From the NCBI GenBank assembly GCA_964452145.1, contig CAYVLA010000066.1, positions 1 through 18,371 of the forward strand: DNA of 18,371 nt, read 5' to 3'. Positions 7,912 through 15,529 of this stretch are shown piece by piece (position 1 is the first letter of the stretch; each line of letters begins with the position of its first letter). The DNA comes from Candidatus Hadarchaeota archaeon (GTDB lineage: Archaea; CAYQAE01; CAYVLA01). The position numbers and the translations under genes were made by a program. Below the pieces are notes generated by a model. That model had not been told where the DNA came from, did no database searches, and worked only from the letters and a program-made list of their open reading frames with translations.

Positions 7912-8868
7912 CTATGTCTCTATGAAGACCTCCGTGGGCCTCATCACCCGGACCCTTCCGGGAGGATCGGTCTCAAGGACCTTGAAGGGCATCTCGACAG
8001 CCTCGATCGCATCCCCTTCAGTGAGCCTCTGGCCGATGAGCTCATTCCTCACAAACCTGTTGAGGACGTCCACCATCTTGGGCGTGAGGGTGTGGTCGCT
8101 CTTGAGGCGAACCGTCTTCGCCGGCTTGACGTCAGGCATCTGGATCTCTTCGTTCACCACTGAGCCATCCCTGAGGTAGATGATGAGGTCGGCCTCGGCC
8201 GTTATCTTGGGATCGTGGGTGCTCACAAGAAGCGTGGACTTGTGCTCCTGGCGAAGCTCCTTCATCAGATCTATGATCTCCAGACCAGTCTTCGCGTCCA
8301 GGTTCGCAGTGGGCTCATCCGCCAGGATCAAGGGGGGATTGAAGACCAGCGCACGGGCAATGCCGACCCGCTGCTGTTCGCCCCCCGATAGCTCTATGGG
8401 ACGATGGCCCATCCTGTCCTTCAGACCCACACGCTCAAGTACCTCGATCGCCCGCTTGTGCCTGTCCTCCCTGTCGACCCCCGCCATCTCCAAGGGCAGC
8501 TCAGTGTTCTCCAGGGCGGTCAGCAGAGGAACCAGGTTCCAGGTCTGATGGATGAAACCTATGGTCTCCTGCCTGAGGATGTTCAGGAAGTCCCTGTCAC
8601 CCTTGGTGATGTTAAGCCCTCCGATGTAGACATCGCCGCTCGTCGGCGAGTCAAGGCCGCTCACCATGTTCAGAAAAGTTGTCTTGCCCGAACCAGAGGG
8701 CCCGATCATGACCGCGAAAGCCCCCCTCTCTATCCGGATATTGACCCCCCTCAGCGCGTTTATCTTGACGTCGCCCCCGGCCAGCTTGTAGGTCTTCGTC
8801 AGATCCCGGGTATCGATCATGAAGGGACCCTTGATCTCTATGAGATGCTTGCCAAGATCAGTACTCAA
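7912..8868 (-). CDS. ABC transporter ATP-binding protein (LolD/MacB/FtsE type) with a C-terminal CDC48-Nc-like domain
   Basis: Walker A GPSGSGKT, Q-loop FIHQ, LSGGEQQR, Walker B ILADEPT, H-loop STHD. Start at TTG 8868 (GGAGG 9 nt upstream, overlapping the permease end) or ATG 8820. Extra 70-aa C-terminal domain. Confidence 0.93.
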   Translation of the reverse strand: MSTDLGKHLIEIKGPFMIDTRDLTKTYKLAGGDVKINALRGVNIRIERGAFAVMIGPSGSGKTTFLNMVSGLDSPTSGDVYIGGLNITKGDRDFLNILRQETIGFIHQTWNLVPLLTALENTELPLEMAGVDREDRHKRAIEVLERVGLKDRMGHRPIELSGGEQQRVGIARALVFNPPLILADEPTANLDAKTGLEIIDLMKELRQEHKSTLLVSTHDPKITAEADLIIYLRDGSVVNEEIQMPDVKPAKTVRLKSDHTLTPKMVDVLNRFVRNELIGQRLTEGDAIEAVEMPFKVLETDPPGRVRVMRPTEVFIET

Positions 8869-10807
8869 GTTTGAACGCCTCCGCCGGAGCCATCCCAGAA
8901 GCACGCCGGGACGGATACCATGATGACAGGTAGCTTATCCCGACGGCCAGCACAACGCCCAAGCCCATCATGGATAGCACCATGATCCATTTCAAGCCCT
9001 CGAAGTTCCAAGTGAATAGAAACGGCAGCATGGACGCGAATAGGCCAATTAGGGCTCCTATGATCCCCCCTATGAGTCCTATGATGCTGGCCTCCACCCT
9101 GAACATCCTCCTGATGTGTTTGGGCTCTCCTCCGATGGCGATCATGGCGCCGATCTCGCCGGTTCGCTCAAGCACGGCTGTTATCATGGTGTTGAAGGTT
9201 CCGAGCGCGCCGATGGCGATGGCTACCAGAGCCAAGCCCGTCTGATAGGCCTCCACGGTGATCTCGCCGCCGATCTGGGCCTTTATGGCTTGGGAGGTGA
9301 TCATGAGCTGTACGAAAAGACCTATCCCGATCGCAATCCCTATGGTGGCTAGCATGGATCGGGTGAATCTTCTCAGCAGGTTTCTGACGGCGAGCGAGGT
9401 GTATATCCGGGCCCTGAGGAACTTCATCTTGACCAGCCTCTTGTAGATGGGGTTCATGTACTTGGTCACGATGCTCTCCGAGGCGGCCTCGAGGCCGTAC
9501 CTCATGGATGTGAGCGGGTCGTACAGCGCCGCTCTGAAGGCGGGTATGATCGAGGAGATGAGCGCAAGCCCGACCGCCAACATGATTGGTGAGACAAGAA
9601 GCGGTATGGTCCACCTCAAGGATATCAGATTGGGATAGACAACACTGGCTGCGAAGGCCACCGCAACGCCCAGCACTCCTCCGATCACTCCCAGTATCAA
9701 CGCCTGTACCATGAAAATGCTCATGATCCTGAAGATGGTGGCCCCGAAGCTCCCCATGATGCCAATGTCCCTGACCCGTTCGTACACGCGGGTGAACATC
9801 ATGTTCATGATGACAACGGCGACAGCGATGAACGAGATTATGATCGTCGTGGTGTGGGCCAGTCTTGTGCTGCCCATCGTGCCTGCGCCTGTCGGAGTGA
9901 TGAAGTAGGGACTGACCTCGGCCATCTTGCGCAGCGGGATGATGATGTTGTTGATGATGTCGGTGCCCTTGGCATCTTCGTCGTACTTGACGTAGATCCG
10001 AGAGACGGTGCCCTCCTTCATCCGAAACAGCTTCTCTGCGTCCTCCCGATGGATGATCAGCGTGTTCCCGGACAATCCCTCCTCTGATCTGCCGAGGCGC
10101 GCCAGCCCGGGATCGCCCAAGGTCTTGAACAGGCCGACAACCTTCAGCGTGACGGTACCATGGGTCGCTCCGCCCGTCGTGCCACGGCTGGCGATCATGC
10201 CGGGGTGAAGCGTGATCGTGTCCCCCTCCTTGATCAGGCCGATCCCGTTCCCCATGAACCTCTCGTGGAAGTACTCGGACATGTCAAGCCCGATCATGCA
10301 TTCTCCAGGGCCAGTGATGTAGGATCCGTTGGTGACAAAGCTGCTGAATCCTCTTCCGTCGTCGGTAACCACCGTTCTCCACCACCGGTCCTCGGCATCG
10401 GGGTCGATGCCGAAGATGCTGAGACGTTTGCCTTTCATTCTCCGCTCAAGCGAGGTCAGCCTGGGGGATATGGGAGTCCCGTTAACGTCCAGGTAGCCCC
10501 TGGGGTCCTCCGCGATGAACTCGGTTCTGGGATTCAAGATATGAACGCCGGTGAGCGCTTCCATGGCTGGAACGCTCGACATCGGTGTGTTGGGTTGTCT
10601 AAAGGAGTAAAGGATCTTGGTGATGGTATTGGGCTCTGCAGCGTACATCTGCAGATTCATGGCCGTCCCGACAGCGATCTCAAAGTTCTCTGCCAGGGGC
10701 AGAATGCATAGGAAGGCGGTGACGGCAAGCGTGATGCTCAACACGGTCACTGAGGTGATCAGAAGACGGCGCCTCAGGTCTCGGACTGCGATCGAGATCG
10801 AACCCAT
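8858..10807 (-). CDS. ABC transporter permease, MacB/FtsX (type VII) family, two fused TM modules
   Basis: Two AVR[DN]LxRR amphipathic starts and two FtsX motifs (ERVRDIGIMGSFGA; ERTGEIGAMIAIGG), each ending PxxRAxxxxP. Large extracytoplasmic domain (GIDPD, LKVVGLF) in the first half only. Start ATG 10807 with GGGAG SD. Confidence 0.92.
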   Translation of the reverse strand: MGSISIAVRDLRRRLLITSVTVLSITLAVTAFLCILPLAENFEIAVGTAMNLQMYAAEPNTITKILYSFRQPNTPMSSVPAMEALTGVHILNPRTEFIAEDPRGYLDVNGTPISPRLTSLERRMKGKRLSIFGIDPDAEDRWWRTVVTDDGRGFSSFVTNGSYITGPGECMIGLDMSEYFHERFMGNGIGLIKEGDTITLHPGMIASRGTTGGATHGTVTLKVVGLFKTLGDPGLARLGRSEEGLSGNTLIIHREDAEKLFRMKEGTVSRIYVKYDEDAKGTDIINNIIIPLRKMAEVSPYFITPTGAGTMGSTRLAHTTTIIISFIAVAVVIMNMMFTRVYERVRDIGIMGSFGATIFRIMSIFMVQALILGVIGGVLGVAVAFAASVVYPNLISLRWTIPLLVSPIMLAVGLALISSIIPAFRAALYDPLTSMRYGLEAASESIVTKYMNPIYKRLVKMKFLRARIYTSLAVRNLLRRFTRSMLATIGIAIGIGLFVQLMITSQAIKAQIGGEITVEAYQTGLALVAIAIGALGTFNTMITAVLERTGEIGAMIAIGGEPKHIRRMFRVEASIIGLIGGIIGALIGLFASMLPFLFTWNFEGLKWIMVLSMMGLGVVLAVGISYLSSWYPSRRASGMAPAEAFKLEY

Positions 10808-10864
10808 GGGCAGTTCTCCCGGACATGGCGAGAAAAGGTGCTGGCTGGTGGCGGCCCAAAAATT

Positions 10865-10880
10865 CATATAAATGTTTTCG
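10865..10880 (-). promoter_or_regulatory. BRE plus TATA box of the ABC operon
   Basis: Minus strand reads CGAAAACA-TTTATATG, about 57 nt before ATG 10807. Confidence 0.65.
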
Positions 10881-10908
10881 GTCTGGCAGTGGGAGGCCGG
10901 ATTCCGGG

Positions 10909-10927
10909 CTTTTTTCCGCGAAAAAAG
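10909..10927. promoter_or_regulatory. Inverted repeat, candidate transcription-factor operator in the divergent intergenic region
   Basis: CTTTTTTC-cgc-GAAAAAAG, perfect 8-bp arms. Confidence 0.35.
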
Positions 10928-11085
10928 TCATGTATCGCCTCTTTTTGCCCAAAATCAGGCCACTCACTATCAGGAATGCCCCATATGACCCGCGGGTGTC
11001 GTTCAAGTACGATTCAGAGACGCACTCGGGGCCCATCGGCTCATCGGACTACATTTTTCTTGCGCACCCTCAACCGCCTAGCGGA

Positions 11086-11817
11086 ATGACGGCTATGGTT
11101 GTGAAGGACATAGCCTTGATGCGACATGGCGTCGAAGGCCTAGTACTCAGGGACGGTGAGCGGACCCGGATTCTGCCTCTACGCAGGGGACGACTCGTGT
11201 CCTTTCAGGTCACGGGTCCCCAGGCCCAGAGGGTTGTCCGGGACAGATGCGCCCTGTGTGACGGCACCAGATGCCTGAAAGGCAGACAGGACTGCCTCTC
11301 ATCCCACGTTCTCTATCTCGCTCTGTTCGGCGGAATCGCGAAAGTAGGGGTTACGAAGGAACCTAGGTATGAGAGGAGAATGCGCGAGCAGGGGGCCCAA
11401 TTCGCAGGACGCCTGTCCGTGCACGAGGATGGCATGGAGGCCAGGAAGGCTGAGAGGCTGCTGGCCTCCAAAGGCTTCAGGCTGAACGTGCGATTCGAGG
11501 AGAAGATGGAGGCGTTCGGGGAGGTCAACGATGCGGAGCGAGCAAATGCCATTGCCAGCAACATGCCCCTGCCCGACACCGTGCACCTATCGGACATGAG
11601 GGGCCTTTATCAGAATCCCGGACTTGAGTGCATGGGGCCACCCCTCGTACTTCGGGGGGATGGGGTGAAGGGGAGGATCGAGGACACACGCGGAGAGGCC
11701 CTCTTTCTGACATACAGAGACAACCTCTACGCCTACGATCTGAGAAGAGCCATAGGCAGAGCCTTGACCCTGGGCAAGAGCAAGGTGGAGGCGCAGTTGA
11801 CCCTGGGTAACTTCTGA
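11086..11817 (+). CDS. DUF2797-like protein (GIY-YIG-like core) with a C-terminal PIP box
   Basis: HVLYLA...KVGVT...RxxEQGA...ARxxE pattern as I recall it for DUF2797; short Cys cluster upstream; ends QLTLGNF. Start ATG 11086 or 11095. Confidence 0.72.
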   Translation: MTAMVVKDIALMRHGVEGLVLRDGERTRILPLRRGRLVSFQVTGPQAQRVVRDRCALCDGTRCLKGRQDCLSSHVLYLALFGGIAKVGVTKEPRYERRMREQGAQFAGRLSVHEDGMEARKAERLLASKGFRLNVRFEEKMEAFGEVNDAERANAIASNMPLPDTVHLSDMRGLYQNPGLECMGPPLVLRGDGVKGRIEDTRGEALFLTYRDNLYAYDLRRAIGRALTLGKSKVEAQLTLGNF

Positions 11818-11828
11818 GGGCGAGGACG

Positions 11829-12581
11829 ATGAAGCTTGATCTGAACATGCATGTCCACACATGGCGATCGGCCTGCGCCAAGCCCGAGATGACCCTGGAG
11901 GCAATCGAACACGCAGCCGCCTCAGCTGGCATCCGGTATCTTGGCCTGTCCGACCACATCGATCGATTGGCAGACAACGACAGGCCAAAGCTCAACAGGC
12001 TCGATGTCGGAGGAAGGGAATGGGAGGTGGATTTCCTGATCGGCTGCGAAGCCACAGTTCTTTCCCCCACGGCCCTTGCCATAACGACCGAGGTCGCCGC
12101 CGGGCTTGACTACGTCATGGTATCGGCCAATCACTATCATCTGGCTAGCGTTGAGAATCCCGACGAACGGAAGCCCGATGCCTACGCTTCCCACTACCTC
12201 ACGATGCTGGATGGGGTCCTGGCATGGGGACTGGCCGACATCGTAGCCCATCCCTTTCTTCACACCAAGATCGGCAGGATCATGAATCCCCTGGAGGTCA
12301 TCGATGCCTATCCATGGGACGGGATCGAACGCCTCCTTGCACGCGCGGGAGAGGCGGGAGTCAGCTTCGAGATCAAGCCCGGATTTGGGGCGATTGCACC
12401 CGAGTTCTTCTCGGAGCTGGTTCGCCTAGCCAGAAGGAACGGGGTCAGATTCAGCCTGGGCACCGATGCGCACAGGATTTCGGAGATAGCATATCCCACC
12501 GGCTTCATCGACGAGCTTCTCCGGCTTGGCATCGGAAGACGAGATATCGTGGATCCGGAGGAATGGTCGGAAGACCGGTGA
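11829..12581 (+). CDS. PHP domain metallo-hydrolase (HisJ/YcdX-like)
   Basis: HxHT (MHVHT), SDH, GCE, NH, AHP and GTDAH metal-ligand motifs; 11 nt downstream of the previous gene. Confidence 0.9.
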   Translation: MKLDLNMHVHTWRSACAKPEMTLEAIEHAAASAGIRYLGLSDHIDRLADNDRPKLNRLDVGGREWEVDFLIGCEATVLSPTALAITTEVAAGLDYVMVSANHYHLASVENPDERKPDAYASHYLTMLDGVLAWGLADIVAHPFLHTKIGRIMNPLEVIDAYPWDGIERLLARAGEAGVSFEIKPGFGAIAPEFFSELVRLARRNGVRFSLGTDAHRISEIAYPTGFIDELLRLGIGRRDIVDPEEWSEDR

Positions 12582-12624
12582 GACGGTCAGGGCGGATATG
12601 CCAGCAGGCCGGAGGCAGGAGGTT

Positions 12625-12811
12625 GCGCATCCCACGCTGCTGTGTCGTCCTGGTGCTGATCTTGTAGACTTCGGCGATCTTTGCGTTGGTCATCCTGCCC
12701 TCCTGTTTGCGCCGCATCATCGACTGCGTTGAGTCGGTTCGTTTGGCCACCGACACGCCCAGAACAGAGGGTTGAGATGATTCCCGGATAATACAACGCA
12801 CCCCACGCTGC
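12625..12811 (+). repeat. 16-bp imperfect direct repeats (12625-12640 and 12796-12811), probable target-site duplication
   Basis: GCGCATCCCACGCTGC vs ACGCACCCCACGCTGC: 14/16 identical, both mismatches transitions, abutting the TGT and ACA ends exactly. Confidence 0.7.
12641..12795 (-). mobile_element. 155-bp IS481-like remnant/MITE: left end plus the first ~36 codons of a transposase
   Basis: Has TGT...ACA termini. The minus-strand end TGTATTATCCGGGAATCATCTCA is followed by GTG 12750 encoding the HTH-like MAKRTDSTQSMMRRKQEGRMTNAKIAEVYKISTRTT. Flanked by 16-bp direct repeats. Family assignment is from memory of archaeal IS481 ends and N-termini. Confidence 0.6.
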
Positions 12812-12812
12812 C

Positions 12813-12826
12813 CAAAAGCTATAATA
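12813..12826 (+). promoter_or_regulatory. BRE plus TATA box of pyrG
   Basis: CAAAAG-CTATAATA; predicts a transcription start near 12849. Confidence 0.55.
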
Positions 12827-12925
12827 GTGTATGAGGACATTTGTCGACATGCCGATAGCCGACCGGCTTGGACCTCTCTGTTTCCAGGCGCAGCCTTCAC
12901 CTCCTCCCCATGTGGGGGCGATCCC

Positions 12926-14587
12926 CTGACTCGTTACATCGTAGTGACGGGGGGCGTGATGAGCGGCCTGGGAAAGGGCATCACCGCGGCATCCATTGGC
13001 AAGATGCTGCAATCCCGAGGGCACACGGTCACGGCAATCAAGGCAGACGGTTACTTCAACTTCGATGCTGGCACGCTCAGGCCAACTGAACACGGCGAGG
13101 TCTGGGTAACGAACGACGGGGGCGAGATCGACGAGGACCTCGGCCACTACGAGAGATTCCTATCAGTGGATCTGCCCAGAAATCACAACATAACCTCCGG
13201 CCAGATCTACGGCCAGGTGATCCAGAACGAAAGGCAGGGGAAGTACCTGGGCAAGACCGTGCAGTTCATCCCGCACGTAACGGACGAAGTCAAGAGGAGG
13301 ATCCACGAGATAGCCCTTGCGGAGAAGGTCGATGCCCTGATCTTCGAGATCGGAGGTGTCGTGGGCGACTATGAGAACCTGCTCTTCACCGAGGCCGTGA
13401 GGCAGATGCGAATGGAGGAGGGTCCGAGAAACCTTGTCCATGTCCACGTCAGCTACATCCCAATCCCGGATCACCTCGGGGAACCGAAGACTAAGCCCAC
13501 TCAGCACTCCGTCAGCACCCTCCGAGAACTTGGGATCCCCCCGGATTTCATAGTCTGCAGATCGAGCAGAATGGTTGACGAGGTGAGACGAAGCAAGATC
13601 TCCCTGTTCTGTGACGTCTATCCCCAGGACATCATATCCAACCCTGATGTCCAGTGCATCTACGAGCTGCCCCTCATGTTCGAGGCCCAGGGATTCGGCG
13701 ACAGACTCCAAGAAAGGCTGGGTCTGAGGTACCGGAAAGCCAAGCTAGAGGACTGGGCGGAGGTCGTGGAGAGGATGAAGAACCCCAAGAGGTGGGTTAG
13801 CATCGCCATAGTGGGCAAGTACGTGGAGACCGGATCCTACAGGCTGCCCGACTCCTACGTTTCGATCAACGAAGCACTGAAGCATGCAGCGGCGAGATAT
13901 GAGGCGGGAGTCAAGATCTCATGGATCGACTCAAAGGACTTCGAGACTGACGGGAAGGCCGTGTGCTGCCTGGATGCTGGGGATGGGTTGATAGTGCCTG
14001 GGGGATTTGGCAGGACGGGCGTGGAGGGCAAGATCAAGGCCATAGAATACGCCCGACGGAACGGAATCCCCTATCTGGGCATCTGTTTCGGATTCCAGTG
14101 CGCGGTCGTAGAGTTCGCACGCAACGAGATGGGTCTTGAGGGAGCCCACAGCACCGAGCTGGACCCCGGAACGCCTCATCCCGTGATCGACATCCTCCCG
14201 GAGCAGGAAAGGATAGTCAGAGAGAGCCGATACGGAGGCTCCATGAGGCTCGGCGCGTACCCTGCACGCCTTTCCCCCAAGACCAAGACCGCGCGGCTTT
14301 ATGAGAGCTTGGACAGGGTCGCGGAGGATGGCATGGTCTACGAGAGGCATCGCCACAGGTATGAGGTGAACCCGGGATATGTTGATCTGATAGATCAGGC
14401 CGGCTTGAAGTTCATCGGAAGGTCCCCCGACGGCGTCCTGATGGAGTTCCTGGAGCTCGAGGCCCATCCCTATTTCGTTGGGACCCAGGCCCATCCCGAG
14501 TTCCTTTCAAGGCCCCTTTGTCCCGCACCCCTGTTCTGCGGCCTTATTGAAGCCGCCATCGAGCGGGCGAAGTCCAGAGCCGGGTGA
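12926..14587 (+). CDS. pyrG: CTP synthase (probable CTG start)
   Basis: TRYIVVTGGVMSGLGKG, HGEV, DLGHYERF, KTKPTQHS, PGGFG, catalytic GICFG, ERHRHRYE, QAHPEF. Homology begins at CTG 12926, preceded by SD-like GGGGGCGA; the ORF-track start at 12827 abuts the TATA box. Confidence 0.97.
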   Translation: MTRYIVVTGGVMSGLGKGITAASIGKMLQSRGHTVTAIKADGYFNFDAGTLRPTEHGEVWVTNDGGEIDEDLGHYERFLSVDLPRNHNITSGQIYGQVIQNERQGKYLGKTVQFIPHVTDEVKRRIHEIALAEKVDALIFEIGGVVGDYENLLFTEAVRQMRMEEGPRNLVHVHVSYIPIPDHLGEPKTKPTQHSVSTLRELGIPPDFIVCRSSRMVDEVRRSKISLFCDVYPQDIISNPDVQCIYELPLMFEAQGFGDRLQERLGLRYRKAKLEDWAEVVERMKNPKRWVSIAIVGKYVETGSYRLPDSYVSINEALKHAAARYEAGVKISWIDSKDFETDGKAVCCLDAGDGLIVPGGFGRTGVEGKIKAIEYARRNGIPYLGICFGFQCAVVEFARNEMGLEGAHSTELDPGTPHPVIDILPEQERIVRESRYGGSMRLGAYPARLSPKTKTARLYESLDRVAEDGMVYERHRHRYEVNPGYVDLIDQAGLKFIGRSPDGVLMEFLELEAHPYFVGTQAHPEFLSRPLCPAPLFCGLIEAAIERAKSRAG

Positions 14588-14593
14588 GTCTCC

Positions 14594-15529
14594 GTGTCGC
14601 CGGGAGCGATGGCTTTTCCCGATGTCTCGGGCGTCGTCGCTGCCCAGCAGTTATCCGTGCTCTTCGAAGCATCGGGGTATCCGAAGCCGGGCAACGTCAT
14701 GCGAGGAATGCCCTTCCGCGAGATCGCATACCATGACTTCGTCTCGGCTGCCGTGGCGATCGGAGAGCCTCTGAGCCGGGTTTACCGCCTTGCCCAGCGG
14801 CGCTCGAGGATGCATAAGCCCTTCACCGGGCTGTGGGGCAGAGCTTTGCTGGACTCATGCAAGGCAGCCATGTCGGGCCGCTCCAACGCGATATTCGGAA
14901 CCCTTCTGGTCGAGATTCCTCTGGGTCTGGGGGCATGCGTGACGGCGACGGGAAGCGCCACCGAGGAGGCCGCCCGTATTGTGCTAAGCTCCGGTCCCGA
15001 GGATTCGATCGCCTTCGTCCGCTCGATTCGCCTCTGTCGGATCGGCGGCCTGTCCCACGAGGCCTTCGTCCCCGGCCCGGAGGCGTTCGACCTGCAGGAC
15101 CCGCTGGTGGAGGCCACCATCAGGCGGAAGAAGGCTGGAATGGTGCAGGTTCTTGGACCATCGGTGGGCTACGATCTTCTGGCCCGAGAGCTGCTTTCCG
15201 GGTTCCCCATCACGCGGAGGAGCGCTCGGGAATATGTGCACTTCCTTCGAGAAATGGGGGACCCCACCATGGCATCGGCCGCCGTTTTCTGCTCCCTTCT
15301 GGGTGAGTATCCCGACTCGCTCATAGCGCGTAACGCGGGACGCCGGACTGCGGAGAACGTCGCGCGCAGGGCCCGTAAGATCATGGCAAGCGATCGTTTC
15401 TCGGCAGAATGGCTCCGGGGCATGCTGGGCTTGGACCGGGCTCTCAGACGCCGGGATCTCAACCCCGGCACTCTGGCCGACCTGACGGCTGCAGCCATCT
15501 TCCTTGCGCTGCTCGGAGGGATCGATTAG
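14594..15529 (+). CDS. citG: CitG-family protein (triphosphoribosyl-dephospho-CoA synthase-like, archaeal type)
   Basis: EASGYPKPGNV, PDSLIAR, NPGTLADLTAA; GGGTGA SD before GTG 14594 (alternative ATG 14609). Confidence 0.85.
   Translation: MSPGAMAFPDVSGVVAAQQLSVLFEASGYPKPGNVMRGMPFREIAYHDFVSAAVAIGEPLSRVYRLAQRRSRMHKPFTGLWGRALLDSCKAAMSGRSNAIFGTLLVEIPLGLGACVTATGSATEEAARIVLSSGPEDSIAFVRSIRLCRIGGLSHEAFVPGPEAFDLQDPLVEATIRRKKAGMVQVLGPSVGYDLLARELLSGFPITRRSAREYVHFLREMGDPTMASAAVFCSLLGEYPDSLIARNAGRRTAENVARRARKIMASDRFSAEWLRGMLGLDRALRRRDLNPGTLADLTAAAIFLALLGGID

Noticed and set aside
10825..11085. 87-aa N-terminal extension of the DUF2797-like ORF
   Set aside because: Runs through the divergent promoter region with AT-rich, non-coding-like composition.
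12505..12900. 131-aa minus-strand ORF as a real gene
   Set aside because: Chimeric reading across the pyrG promoter, the IS remnant and the PHP 3' end; only about 36 codons look transposase-derived.
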